Part shown: in pieces, positions 25,371 to 36,480 of the stretch | How the letters are laid out: every line of letters begins with the position of its first letter | Position numbering within the stretch: position 1 is the stretch's first letter | Source of the DNA: Mayamaea pseudoterrestris | Taxonomy: Eukaryota | Assembly: GCA_027923505.1 (NCBI GenBank) | Contig: BROI01000010.1 | Location: forward strand, 682,001-746,000 | Reading direction: 5' to 3' | Length of the DNA stretch: 64,000 bases | Notes under the pieces: generated by a model | What the model was told of the DNA's origin: nothing | The model's database searches: none | The model's input: the letters and a program-made list of their open reading frames with translations, nothing else | Made by a program: the position numbers and the translations under genes

Positions 25371-26182
25371 ATGGGCACTTGGCCAAAGTTTCGTCGTAAG
25401 CGACTGCGAGTTATCACAATGGACGTCACTGGAACGGTCATTTCCTTTCGCGGAACACTCGAGGAAAGTACACTGCCTTGGATCGGCACAATGTTGGCGC
25501 GCCGACTTGCCCATAGCACCAGCCTTTTCGCAAGCCTATCGAGAAATAAGAGCAAATTATTCGTGCTATGGTGGGCAGATGATCACTGCGAAGGATTGAT
25601 GGCGTTAGTGTGTGACACTAGACACGATCCTTTACACTTGCGGGCGCCAACAGGACGGACGACCAGGCGGAACGAGTCTTCACATAATATTTACAGTCGA
25701 TTTGGAAGTCACTCGGCCTACGAGATGTTCGATGATGCTTTACCATTTCTGCAGTGGTCACAGCGCAGTAAGTTGGTGCGTGGAAGTCTTTAAAAGGCAG
25801 GTGAAAGATACGGCGACTCCATTCTTCCGATGCTTGATGCTTGGTGTAACACCAGATACGCTGCAGTTCTCATGCTCTAGTAAGGATTTGGGACTCTAAA
25901 TACCTGGTGTGCGTTTCTACTCAGCAGCCTTATGTCGAGCGGAACTGTCGCTGATTTATCAAGCGCCGGACGACAAACTTCTCCCTGCCCACGTGTTGCA
26001 CATTGGGAACGACTACAATAAGACTTTGAAGGCGCACGGCGTGCTGGAAGACATGCCGTTTGTTGGATCGGTACAACGAAGTAGAAAAGGCGGCGGAGTG
26101 GAGACGGCGAGATGCACGTGTATTTCGTGATTTGATCGATGTCGTCTATTGGATTGGGGCTAGTGACGCCAGGCTAGGGTGA
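25371..26182 (+). pseudogene. HDHD3/REG-2-like HAD hydrolase pseudogene
   Basis: Fragments in shifting frames: RVITMDVTGT, AFSQAYRE, TAKD*WR*CV (stops 25597, 25606), IYSRFGSHSAYEMFDDALPFL, VLHIGNDY, DFEGARRAG. Confidence 0.75.
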
Positions 26183-26391
26183 TTGCATGGATAGTTACTG
26201 TTCAATATATATGATGGAGGGAAGAGGCTAGTTGTGATGCTATTTCGATCGAGGTATGCCATTGACAAAAAACAATTAAAAGACTATGCTAGTTGGCCGA
26301 CGCTTCAATGTTCAAGTGACTTTGCGAGGGACACACACACTGGCTCTAGTTTGTAAATACAGTGATAAAATCTATTATGAAAAATTATATG

Positions 26392-29145
26392 TTAACAGGC
26401 CGAATGGCACTTGTATTCAGCCGAAAAGGTTGCTTCGCCAGCAGTTAAGCTGCGCAAGATATTAGCATAGCCCAGAATCTCAACAAGAGGAACTTCTCCT
26501 CTGACGAGTGCTTTCGCTGACACGCCGTCTGTCTGATCACCTAAAAGAACATTTTCGACTCTCCCTCGCCTGCTGGTCAAATCCGATAGTACACTTCCAA
26601 CTTGCTCGTTTGGTAGCGATATTTCTATATTCATTGTCGGCTCAAGCACCTTGCATAACTGCTGCGACTTTGATAGAGCTGTCGACACTGCATTAGCAGC
26701 GACAGCTCGAAGTGTTCCTGGCATTGATTGGAACGACGCAGATCCTCCTTCGGCGTCTATGTCAACAATGACGCATCGAACGTTCGTGAGAGCGTACGAT
26801 CCTATTGGACCACGCTGCAGCGCACCTTGGCAGCTCTGTATTAACGCTTTGACGACTTCGGAAGAAATCAGCAAATCTTCCTCGCGCGCTTCAGGATCCA
26901 GACCAAGAAACTCGCGAGCTTTCTCGCCGATTATTACAACAGGATCAGAGAGAATCATACAGGCCGAATCATCTGCAACTGATAAAGTACAAGTCGGTTC
27001 AAGCAACACATGAACCGCTCCTTGAAGTCGGGTACCTCCAAATGTGCGATCGTACTCGACTAAACCGCCAGTGTGGACAATTTCTGTTATTGTTTCTCGG
27101 TATGCCACCGAGGGAGCGCTTACCATGACGTTCAGCCCATATTCGCGTCGCAAGCGATCTAGCGTTACTTCAATATGGAGCTCGCCAAGTCCGCTCAACA
27201 AAGTTGAGGACCCCGTCTCCTCAATCACAAGACTCGGATCTTCCACTGCGAGTAATACAAGAGCAGATGACAGACGACCCTGAGTTTCCGTCGACTCAGC
27301 TTCTATACGAACAGTCAGAACAGGCTTGGGTGACGAAACGCCAGCTAAGCAAACTGGCAAATCCCTGTTATCCTTTCGCTTCTTTAGCTCGGGCGCCACA
27401 ACAATTGTGTCGCCAGTAACCACTCCTTTTAAACCGACCAGCGCGCATACATCACCGCTTCTGCATACTCCGTCCTGTAAGTGTCCAAACCTTCCACCTG
27501 CTAGTTCTAGCATTCCACCGACACGCTCAATACGAGGTGGAGCCGGTGATTGGCCGATGACAGGAGGAGACGTTGCATGGAGCACGTCGCGATCTTTTAT
27601 CTCACCAGAATAAACGCGAGCAAACACGACCCTGCCATCGCCACTTCCACCACGGCCCTTCATATGAACAACCTTGAATGCAAGAGCAAGCATAGAAGGA
27701 TGCAACGGATGTCCAAGAGTGATTGATGAAGGTGACGTTGATTGTTGCACGGCCATCTTCTCCGAGTCATTCAGTATTGTCAGTGGGGGAGGCGTTCGAT
27801 CGAGGGGCGACGGAAGCAGATCCGCGATGCAGTCCAAGAGAGGCTCCACACCCTTACCTCGAACAGCAGCTGACGCTAACACGGGAAGGATTTGATGGCT
27901 GAGCGTCGCTTTGCGCAAAGCAAGTAGTAATTCTGCATTAGAAGGCTCTTCATCGTTTAGGTAGTACGCTTCCATGCGTTCATCCGTTTCCGCGAGCGAT
28001 TCAATCAGATTCTTCCGCGCATACACGGCCTCGCGTGTTATTTGGCAGTCCACATCAATAAGTTTGTTGGTGCGATCGTCCAACAGCTTGGTGACGCGCG
28101 GCACAAAATCGTCGACCAATAACCCGCTGCCTTGCTCTGGCCAGGTGATGGCTCGCATGTGAATCAAATCCACGACGCCGATAAACTCACCACCCACTGG
28201 ATTCAAGTCCTCTGCAGATACCGCAACGAAATTGTCTTTAAACAAGTGGGACTGATTTGATTTGTTCAATGTCGACTTATATATTGGAATTTGAATCGCA
28301 AGCGGTCTGGCACCAGACAACTTTGATCGCAGACTTTGTATGGCTCTTGCAAAACTTGCTCCTTCCTTGTCCATCTTGTTGACAAGTGCTAGACATGGAA
28401 GCGGCTCATGCGCATGATCCTGTCGTTTTGAAGTCTTGATCGGGTGCATTTCGTGGTTGTTGGCAAAGCGCTTCGTCATGGCTCGCCACACCGTTTCCGT
28501 CTGCGCTTGAACTCCAGCGACGGCATCCACGACAAGAATGGCACCATCCAATACGGCAACGCTACGATTGACCTCAGCAGAGAAATCAACGTGACCAGGA
28601 GTGTCAATGAGACTTATAGTAACATTGTCATTGATCGTCTTGATTGTATCATGGTGTAGCTTGCGCTGCCGCTGACTGTTATGCCACTTCCATTCAAACG
28701 AAACAGCAGCAGCTTGAATCGTGATGCCTCGCTCTCTTTCAGCTGGTAGAAAATCCGTAATGGTGGTTCCATCGTCCACGGAACCAGCGCGTCGAACAAC
28801 CCCCGCCAGTGCAAGCATGCGCTCCGTCACAGTCGTCTTGCCGGCATCCACGTGGGCAAAGACGCCAACGTTTCGAACATGCTGAAGGCGGTGAATCTCA
28901 TTCTGAAGTTGAATATCTACATGATCGTCATCGTATGACGTCAAAGCTGCTGTTGATTTGCATCTCCTTGACGGATCCAATTGACTGTGAGTCCAGTTGG
29001 GATTGACAAGAATTTTGGAGGAAAAGCAAGCACCTTTTATTCTCGTAGTTACGTCATGCTCGGGCAATCCTACGGCTAATGCAGTAGCAAGTCGCCTCTT
29101 TATGTCTCGGCTCACTCGATGAATAGCTCGAGTACTTCGCAACAT
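26392..29145 (-). CDS. GFM2: Mitochondrial elongation factor G2 / ribosome-releasing factor 2
   Basis: RNVGVFAHVDAGKTT, ERERGITI, DTPGHVDF, NKMD, GLGELHIE, VLSDLTSRRG; Arg-rich mitochondrial presequence. Confidence 0.8.
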   Translation of the reverse strand: MLRSTRAIHRVSRDIKRRLATALAVGLPEHDVTTRIKGACFSSKILVNPNWTHSQLDPSRRCKSTAALTSYDDDHVDIQLQNEIHRLQHVRNVGVFAHVDAGKTTVTERMLALAGVVRRAGSVDDGTTITDFLPAERERGITIQAAAVSFEWKWHNSQRQRKLHHDTIKTINDNVTISLIDTPGHVDFSAEVNRSVAVLDGAILVVDAVAGVQAQTETVWRAMTKRFANNHEMHPIKTSKRQDHAHEPLPCLALVNKMDKEGASFARAIQSLRSKLSGARPLAIQIPIYKSTLNKSNQSHLFKDNFVAVSAEDLNPVGGEFIGVVDLIHMRAITWPEQGSGLLVDDFVPRVTKLLDDRTNKLIDVDCQITREAVYARKNLIESLAETDERMEAYYLNDEEPSNAELLLALRKATLSHQILPVLASAAVRGKGVEPLLDCIADLLPSPLDRTPPPLTILNDSEKMAVQQSTSPSSITLGHPLHPSMLALAFKVVHMKGRGGSGDGRVVFARVYSGEIKDRDVLHATSPPVIGQSPAPPRIERVGGMLELAGGRFGHLQDGVCRSGDVCALVGLKGVVTGDTIVVAPELKKRKDNRDLPVCLAGVSSPKPVLTVRIEAESTETQGRLSSALVLLAVEDPSLVIEETGSSTLLSGLGELHIEVTLDRLRREYGLNVMVSAPSVAYRETITEIVHTGGLVEYDRTFGGTRLQGAVHVLLEPTCTLSVADDSACMILSDPVVIIGEKAREFLGLDPEAREEDLLISSEVVKALIQSCQGALQRGPIGSYALTNVRCVIVDIDAEGGSASFQSMPGTLRAVAANAVSTALSKSQQLCKVLEPTMNIEISLPNEQVGSVLSDLTSRRGRVENVLLGDQTDGVSAKALVRGEVPLVEILGYANILRSLTAGEATFSAEYKCHSAC

Positions 29146-29742
29146 GTTTCTTTACGAAACAATATATAGAGTAGTATATGGTACCAGTAGTACGAGTAGC
29201 TGCTAAACGCCATTGGTTGTGGAGGCCATGGTGTTGGCGCGAGCGAACGATTGGCGCTTGCCAGCCGGGACTCTTGTCGCATTGGCACAGAAACAATACG
29301 GTGCAGTAATGCACCCGTTGCTATTCGCAAGAAGCCATGCCATTTCACAAATATGACTACATGGGCATTCCTGCATCAAAACACACTAACTTACAGAAGT
29401 CATGACCTCAAGTTACGCTTACAGCGCCACCAGTAGTTGTTGTGGCGTCATGAGAATAGTACACTCGTACCTCAGACCTTGAGGTCCTGAGGTGGATTTT
29501 TCGTAGTGATATAGCTGGTCAATGGGTTATACGTTATAAGAAAAACTAGTTCACTCTCATTATCTTGTTTGACAGTTGTCGTGGCTTGGAGTTTACGTAG
29601 ATGAAGAGTGTGATAAACGCACTACCATGTCAACCCATTCAACATATCACACGTCACAGTCGTTTCGAAGGCAAGCACACGCGAGTCAGAGGAAGATACA
29701 GTATCAAGTTACAAGAACAATCATTGTTACCTAATGAATCAA

Positions 29743-30222
29743 TTAAATCCAATGACTTCCTCCCGTTATATAGATGAGACGAACAAGCTGTTGCGTGACG
29801 AGCACCAGCACAAACATGTACCCGCCTACCAACAAGGCTTCTGCCGTTTCGTAATCATTCTTTACAAAGTAAGCGAGTCGATATTCAATAGAGTCTTTTA
29901 AGCTGTCGTCGGAGTCTTTGATAGAGTCCAAAATGGCGTCAGGATCGTAAAAAGGTCGGTCTAGAAATGCTTGGATTTGTTCGTCCAAGTCGCCACAAGT
30001 GTCGTCATTCTCCACTGCTTGTAGGGTTAGAGGATTTCTCATTGTAGGCATCTCCTGCAGTGATGCAAAATGGTTTTCAACGAAACTTCTCTTTCGTTGC
30101 GTTTGCGTCGTACATGGCCGAAGGAACGTCCGTTTCCGTTCCATCGAATTTGAAAAGGCCAGAGCGACGTAACTGTCTATGCACCAGAAGACCGCGAATT
30201 GGAGTAGTACAACTTGCTTCAT
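29743..30222 (-). CDS. Hypothetical plastid-targeted membrane protein
   Basis: Signal peptide ending ALA-FSNS, transit-like region, C-terminal TM segment. Confidence 0.6.
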   Translation of the reverse strand: MKQVVLLQFAVFWCIDSYVALAFSNSMERKRTFLRPCTTQTQRKRSFVENHFASLQEMPTMRNPLTLQAVENDDTCGDLDEQIQAFLDRPFYDPDAILDSIKDSDDSLKDSIEYRLAYFVKNDYETAEALLVGGYMFVLVLVTQQLVRLIYITGGSHWI

Positions 30223-30582
30223 ATTTTTTGTGGAGATAATGAGCTGTCATCTACTTTGATGAGCTCGTCGGGACTGTCAAAATGATCGTGGAATGGCAAA
30301 GAAACCAACGCGTCGCATCGCGCTCGACATTCGAATTCAAAATCGTGTCGCATCGGTAGATCTTCCCCTTGTCACACGGCGCGTCGATTCGTTCATTCAG
30401 TGATCAAGCCACGGCTCGCAATGCCCACGAGCTGCTGCTATCCATCTACCACACCTGTTGCCAATGTCTTCCAAGGGTTACTTGTTCTTCATAAGTACAG
30501 GTGCTTTGATGATCAAGCCAATTGGATAATTGTCACTTCTATGCTTCGATATTTGCTTCGAACATAACTCAAGTTACACAAG

Positions 30583-31845
30583 ATGGGAGATTCGGCTAAC
30601 TCGAGAAGAAAAACTCGACAAAGGACAATTGGAACGATTGTTGCAACCGTGGCTCTCGCGTATGGCACGTATCGACTAGCTCGATGGTGGTACTTTAAAG
30701 ACGACGAGGAGAATGAAGTGGGGACGGATGTCTTAGATGAAGCTGGACAAGTCATTGCTTCTGAACAAGATCTAATCAATCAAGTCCAATCTCAAAACAA
30801 TCCACATGAACAGCTGTCACGTCACCCTGATCTATTATCGAAACAAATGCGAACTGCTCGGATAGTCGCCTGTCGCGAACAAGTATCTGCTTCGTTTCCT
30901 GGCTTTGTCGTACAACTCAGACGAATGATTGATCTACAAACGGATGTTTCCAATGAGACACGGCGATTAAAGCAATTGCGATCATCAGATACAAGCGCAA
31001 ACGATGAGTTCCACCAGCAACAAACGGAGCTATGGGAACTCATCAAAATTAAGTCGCTCACACTGGCCATTGCCACCACATACGCTCATACACTTCTGTA
31101 TCTTGCACTTACAGTTTCGACTCATGTAGTGTTTGGTTGGCAGGCCCGTCAGGAAAGAGACCGGCACGATGATGCCTGCAGCAGCAGCGACATCAACGTC
31201 GACGGCGATTTGGAAGACGTAGTTGAAGTGCATAAGTTCGTCCTACATCGTTTGATGTCTTCTCTTATCGATAAAGCTACCGGCGGTGCAAATAGTGGAC
31301 TCGACCGTCTTGTTCATGTCGTTCAAAAGGCAGTGACATCTGATATGGCCGCATGGAACGTTCGGGATCCAGCCTTGCTTCACGTGACATCAGCGCAGCT
31401 GCAGGAAGCCATGGACTCTGTATGGAATCGGGCAGTTGAAATCGAAGCGGCGAGCAGTCATCAAAAAGAAATCGGCTTGATGTGCTTTCTCGTTGATGAC
31501 ACGGTCCATATAGTGGAAGGGGGCCTTGCCAATTCAGCGACGAAGAAGAACAGCGACGTTGTCAAGTCTGCGGCACAGGCAATGTTTGACGAAACATTAG
31601 ATGTGTTGGAAAGCCCTGTATGTAGAGACGCCCAGCGCGAATGCGTTGGTGCATGTCTGCGAATGCTGCAAGGCAAAGTGTTTGGTTGGGATGCTGTAGT
31701 GCCTCCATTGCCATTTGCAAAAATTTTGACTCAGCTGCGCAAGCAGGCAAAGACATTCTACAGTTCCGAAGCAACGAATAAACTTACCACAACATTGGCT
31801 ACCCTTCCCGCAGTCATTGAACTTTGTAACGTTAGTTTCCATTGA
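30583..31845 (+). CDS. PEX3: Peroxisomal biogenesis factor PEX3-like
   Basis: Basic N-terminus followed by a TM anchor (RRKTRQR-TIGTIVATVALAYG), ELWELIKIKSLT, DVLESP, PLPFAKIL. Confidence 0.75.
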   Translation: MGDSANSRRKTRQRTIGTIVATVALAYGTYRLARWWYFKDDEENEVGTDVLDEAGQVIASEQDLINQVQSQNNPHEQLSRHPDLLSKQMRTARIVACREQVSASFPGFVVQLRRMIDLQTDVSNETRRLKQLRSSDTSANDEFHQQQTELWELIKIKSLTLAIATTYAHTLLYLALTVSTHVVFGWQARQERDRHDDACSSSDINVDGDLEDVVEVHKFVLHRLMSSLIDKATGGANSGLDRLVHVVQKAVTSDMAAWNVRDPALLHVTSAQLQEAMDSVWNRAVEIEAASSHQKEIGLMCFLVDDTVHIVEGGLANSATKKNSDVVKSAAQAMFDETLDVLESPVCRDAQRECVGACLRMLQGKVFGWDAVVPPLPFAKILTQLRKQAKTFYSSEATNKLTTTLATLPAVIELCNVSFH

Positions 31846-32006
31846 CGGACATTACTTCTCTACCTCGACTGCGTGGTGATACCCGACTGACAAAAAGCGA
31901 CGTTGGTGTATAGGTGCTTCTGAGTTATGGTGAGCAATATTCAAGTGTCGTTAAAAAACTTATGCATACAGTAAATAATAATCTGCACTAAAACGAAGTC
32001 ATTGTT

Positions 32007-33803
32007 TTAAATGGGTAATACAATTTTTCGAGGCGGCAGCGCGATGGGTGGTTCCCGCTGACGACCCTCTTCATATTCCATCATGTACTCCAGCGCCCCA
32101 CATTGACTCGCCAGCAAACTTGCAATGGCCTCGGTCTGCGCGTGAGTTACAGGCCCAATGCGACTAGTCCCTCGAGAGCGAAGTACATCATTCAGAATCT
32201 CGTCCGTGTCTTCCAACGGCGGACACTCGAGACTCACTCGAACGCGCACCTGAACCGGAAGCGGGCTTGTTGTGGCGCTTGAATTTTTCGAAAAAGCAGC
32301 AGGCGCAATATTATCTAGCGCCGGCGTCAAAGCTTCAAAAATTCCAAATAATAGGCGGTCTGTCACGTTAAACAAAAATATTGTCGACCCTGGAACAATG
32401 AAAGCGGCGGCGTTCTTCATGTGTGCAGGTAATCCAAATATTCCTCTACCCAAACACTCGTCCATAGTATCAGCACTACACCCAAAGATGAACCCCGGAC
32501 CTGGATTAACTGGCCATGATAGCTCGTCCGGTTCGGGACAACGAAAGTCTGTCAAAATATCGTCTATGTGTGGTGGCTCCCTCTCGTCATCAACCCACGA
32601 CTCGTAAAGGCTTACTAGTGGAGAGTTCCAAACGGCTTTCATAAGTGCCTCGCCAGTCTTGGCCGTCATATCCTGGCAAAATTGTGTGCTTTTCATGGGT
32701 AGCAATAAATCTGGCGCAACTTCCAAAGCAGTCTTGATCGGAAGCTCAGTCGTCCGATACCATTCAACATCCACTCGGTAGGCAAAAGCATCCTCGCTTA
32801 CTTCATCACTCCTTTTTGCAATCGCCATGGACGTCATCAGAGCTGTTCCCTGAATATGCCTCGAATCGCTCACTGTGAAAAACAGCATAACCTGTTTCCC
32901 GACGCCAAAAGCTGCGTTCATCTTTTCCGCGTGTCTGCTCTGCACATACCACTCCCCATGCACGGCGCTAATCGACAAATCGCGCTGCGTGGCCGCGCGA
33001 GCAATAAAAAACTCAGCTAGCTCGGTTTCCAATATAGGGATGGGCTTGCCGCCACCAGCGGCGCCTCCTTGGTAGTATTCTCCCGATGCCTCATGATGAT
33101 CTTCTTCAGCCCCATTACCGCCACCAGCAAACTTGTCTCCATCCCTTGGAAAAGCTCGTAACTCAGCTTCTCCATGTGCAAAGTGGCAGTTATCTCCGAA
33201 CGGACAGTTGCCCTGCATGAAGTGTTTACATAGACTAATCTTGAAGAATTCGTTCTTTGGAGGTGGCGGTCGACGAGTATGCATAACCTCCTTGCTGTCC
33301 TTGGACGCTGCTTGCATTTGCGAAAGCCCAAGCGAAAAGTTGGCAACCTGTGGGAGATCCTCACGCTGACGTCGGAGGTGTTTGTAACGACAGTATGGTC
33401 CGTGAATGCAAAAGCCTTGAGTGTAAAAGACGCACTCCATCCTATTCGCCTCAGTGATATGCCGGAATGGACAATCTTTGATTTTGCATCGCTCTCCGTG
33501 CCGACATAAAGGCATTTTGCTTAAATCATATTGATGCAAAAACTCGCAGGCAGTGCCTTTCATGCAAAGGTCTCGCAGCCAGTGGCGACATACGACAGTT
33601 CGAAGGCGTGGATCGTACTTGGCAGACGTCAAGACTGGTTCCAGATTCTCCTCGCCCTCCTGACCAAAGACTGATCCGGATTTTCGATATGGAAGAGGAT
33701 CAAGTGTTTCTGGAATGCCATGCTTCAAGGCGTAGTCTTCAAAGTCATATTCGACCGTGTCGAGGCTGAAAGGTTGCGCTGGAAGAACCGACGACGATGG
33801 CAT
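32007..33803 (-). CDS. CPSF30-like protein: CCCH zinc fingers + YTH-like + DCD domain
   Basis: VCRHWLRDLCMKGTACEFLHQYDLSKMP (CPSF30 ZnF); extra CCCH KISLCKHF...CHFAHG; YTH-like HGEWYVQ...FFTVSDSRHIQG...VEW; DCD GFIFGC...FGLP...IFLFN...LFGIFEA. Confidence 0.8.
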   Translation of the reverse strand: MPSSSVLPAQPFSLDTVEYDFEDYALKHGIPETLDPLPYRKSGSVFGQEGEENLEPVLTSAKYDPRLRTVVCRHWLRDLCMKGTACEFLHQYDLSKMPLCRHGERCKIKDCPFRHITEANRMECVFYTQGFCIHGPYCRYKHLRRQREDLPQVANFSLGLSQMQAASKDSKEVMHTRRPPPPKNEFFKISLCKHFMQGNCPFGDNCHFAHGEAELRAFPRDGDKFAGGGNGAEEDHHEASGEYYQGGAAGGGKPIPILETELAEFFIARAATQRDLSISAVHGEWYVQSRHAEKMNAAFGVGKQVMLFFTVSDSRHIQGTALMTSMAIAKRSDEVSEDAFAYRVDVEWYRTTELPIKTALEVAPDLLLPMKSTQFCQDMTAKTGEALMKAVWNSPLVSLYESWVDDEREPPHIDDILTDFRCPEPDELSWPVNPGPGFIFGCSADTMDECLGRGIFGLPAHMKNAAAFIVPGSTIFLFNVTDRLLFGIFEALTPALDNIAPAAFSKNSSATTSPLPVQVRVRVSLECPPLEDTDEILNDVLRSRGTSRIGPVTHAQTEAIASLLASQCGALEYMMEYEEGRQREPPIALPPRKIVLPI

Positions 33804-34404
33804 GTTAATTGTGTTGTCGTATGGAAATAATAATTTCAAAGAAATGTTATTATATCTGTCAATGGATACGTTTCTACTACTGTTAGACTCTTTAAGTTGA
33901 GTTTGTGTATAAGCGCGAAACAACTGCGTGAACAAGTCCGGAAGAGAGGTACATGTGCTCGTATGGCCTGCCATGGTCGCTCCAAACGTGGTTCGTGTAC
34001 CGATACGATACACATTTTCACGTCCTGAGGTCGAACCGGTTCTCATTGAATCGTGTTCGATTTTGATGCTCCGCCTTTCATTCATCGTCAAACCACACTT
34101 CCAATGCACATCTTAACGTTAACATAATTGATGAACCATGTGCACCCCTTACACAATCCAGTCGCTCATGAAATTCAAGCAATCTTAGAGAGGCTATATG
34201 ATTGGACTACTGTTAGTAGAAAGACAGGGGAAGCTCGAAAGGAGCAAGTCGAGTCGCAAGTAGATGCATTACAAATGAAGGTTAATTCGACAACTAACTT
34301 TGTTCCACTATAATGGGATCTAACTAACGGTAGACTTGTAATTATATAAATAGCAAATGATGGTACTGTACTGGAAGAAGTATATTTGAAATAGTCAGTC
34401 GTCA

Positions 34405-36069
34405 CTAGGAAAAACAGCCTGGCGGCGGAGGCGGTGGGGCAACTGCTGGAGCAGGCGCCGTTGGTTCCAAAACGCCACTTCCTGTCGCTCCACCCATGAT
34501 AAACCCATTTTCAACATCATCGTCGTCGTTGTTGCCTTCGGTTTTCAAAAAGCCTCCCACATGCTCGCTGATTTTTAAAGACGTAGCGGAGTAAGCAAAG
34601 GGTGTTACGGGATTAGTGACAGGTGCACAGAGCGAAACCGTCGACCGCGTTTGAGTCGTCAGCGAATCAAGAGAGGTTCCACCAAGGCCATTCAAACCAC
34701 CTGGTGTTAACAACTGATTGTTTGTTGATGAAGCTGCCACCAACTCGTCCAACGCCGCAAAACGATCCGTATTTTCAGATATCATGGGACTTTTTGTTTG
34801 CAAAAAGGAACTTTCATATTGTAAAGGTTGGTTAGCAGTGTGCATGGAAGTTATAAATGGATTGGCCGTGGAGCTTGTCGAAGCAGCATTTGCCGTTGTT
34901 GGCGAATGAGTTCCCAGCAACGCCGTCGTTGCCCATAATATGTCCAACCGAGCAACTGGAGCTGAAGCAGGTGCCGTCGATGATTTAGTGTCCCACAGGT
35001 TCACTCCTGTCAATGATGGTGCATCCAAGTTATTGGTTCCAGTTAATCCCAACAAGTCGGGGGAAATGGAACCGTTGCCCAGGTTTACTAAACCTAGCAA
35101 GTCTTCCTCAACTACTGGCGGTGCATCATTCAGCGACAGCAGATCCGCAACAAAAGGCAGCGATGTTGGCTCTATGTAAGCACTCGGTGCTGTTAGTCGA
35201 GGCAAAAGTAGGTCGGCGTTTGGCGCAACGTAATCGGCGAATGCATTGGAATCAGTTTCATTGTACCTGTACTTCTGCTGCGAGATCGCCGTCTGCTCGT
35301 CCGAGAAACGCTGCTTTTCCTTTTCAGCAAGCTTTAACATTTCCTCAATTCCATGCGCTGCTCCAACGTGTTTCGTGCCGTCTCGCGACATATAACCTCC
35401 GCCAAAGCCATTGTCCGCTTTGGCAAGGTTGCTCCTGGTGGTAATGGATTGCTCATGCTCCATGCGTTTCTTAAGTGCATACAATCGGACTTCATCCGTG
35501 ACAAAAGCAGCCTTTCTAGATCCAACTGGTACCAAAGATGTTGGATCCGCCTTGGAAGACCTCTCCAGTTGTAGCAAGGTAACGTCGGACAGAAGCGAGT
35601 GGACCGAAGATGCGATGTCGCGGACAGGGCCACCTCGATCAACGCCACCTCCCTTGATCTGTAAGAAAAAGCCTTCAATGCCTTGCTTCTTTTGTGCCAA
35701 TAGTATGGTATTGTAATTTAATAGTGTTTCGACATATCGTCCGAGGCAAATTGCTTGATTGACTACGATTTCGGCTCCATATATCAAAACATGTTTGGTG
35801 ACGGCCAGGGTCTTTTGAAGCGTCAGCGGAGAATAATTCATAGGCTTAGATAGAATCGATTCCAGTAACTGAATCACTAGTTCACACATATCTTCTCCAT
35901 CAGCAATGGATGCTTCATGGTATGTCCAAAAAGCGATGCGATTCAACTCGAGGCTCGAAATAATGTGTTCCGATTCGTCGAGTAGGATTCGTCGTATGCA
36001 CTGGATGACCTCCTTGCTTCCGCCAGTAACTGGCTTTGTTTGGATACCGAATATGTCTGCAATTTCCAT
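34405..36069 (-). CDS. ENTH/VHS-like domain protein with a low-complexity tail (epsin-like adaptor)
   Basis: LQKTLAVTKHVLIYGAE, VDRGGPVR; DLL motifs and NPF in the tail. Confidence 0.6.
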   Translation of the reverse strand: MEIADIFGIQTKPVTGGSKEVIQCIRRILLDESEHIISSLELNRIAFWTYHEASIADGEDMCELVIQLLESILSKPMNYSPLTLQKTLAVTKHVLIYGAEIVVNQAICLGRYVETLLNYNTILLAQKKQGIEGFFLQIKGGGVDRGGPVRDIASSVHSLLSDVTLLQLERSSKADPTSLVPVGSRKAAFVTDEVRLYALKKRMEHEQSITTRSNLAKADNGFGGGYMSRDGTKHVGAAHGIEEMLKLAEKEKQRFSDEQTAISQQKYRYNETDSNAFADYVAPNADLLLPRLTAPSAYIEPTSLPFVADLLSLNDAPPVVEEDLLGLVNLGNGSISPDLLGLTGTNNLDAPSLTGVNLWDTKSSTAPASAPVARLDILWATTALLGTHSPTTANAASTSSTANPFITSMHTANQPLQYESSFLQTKSPMISENTDRFAALDELVAASSTNNQLLTPGGLNGLGGTSLDSLTTQTRSTVSLCAPVTNPVTPFAYSATSLKISEHVGGFLKTEGNNDDDDVENGFIMGGATGSGVLEPTAPAPAVAPPPPPPGCFS

Positions 36070-36194
36070 TGTCTATTGTAGCAACGTATAATACGAGACG
36101 ATAAAGTCTTGCTTGCAAAGAATTGCGGCCCTGGTCGGTCATAACGAAGTCATCCTCACCATCGTCGTTGCGTGAACGCCACTGTGACAAAAAC

Positions 36195-36304
36195 TACACT
36201 CTATTCCATAGTGCCAAGAACTTTGATTTTCAAAGTTCTTGGCCTTACACTCTGCTAGATAGTGCCAGAAACTTTGAAATATTTCAAATTTTTGGTGGTA
36301 CACT
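36195..36304. repeat. Two ~51-bp tandem units, each containing an inverted repeat
   Basis: tacactct...atagtgcca at 36195 and 36246; perfect 14-bp arms gccaagaactttga/tcaaagttcttggc (36213-36243). Confidence 0.8.
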
Positions 36305-36480
36305 AAAAGTCACACTCATTAGGAATCGTAGCGGGACTCGTGCGTTTCGAGGAATCAGCGCGCGGCCATGGAAAAGATTGCGTCGTTTCCTTGGACGATT
36401 ACCACACCTTTAGTCTTACAGAGCTTCTTTTCGACACGAGGCGCATGGTGACAATAATCCTGTCAACTTGATACAACAGG

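Noticed and set aside
25003..25599. 198-aa ORF with ETSASVNYVTRQYC repeats as a repeat protein
   Set aside because: It is read-through of the 42-bp minisatellite into a pseudogene frame
33804..34109. Upstream 100-aa extension of the CPSF30 ORF
   Set aside because: It starts at a non-ATG codon and is AT-rich and UTR-like; the ATG at 33803 is the more plausible start
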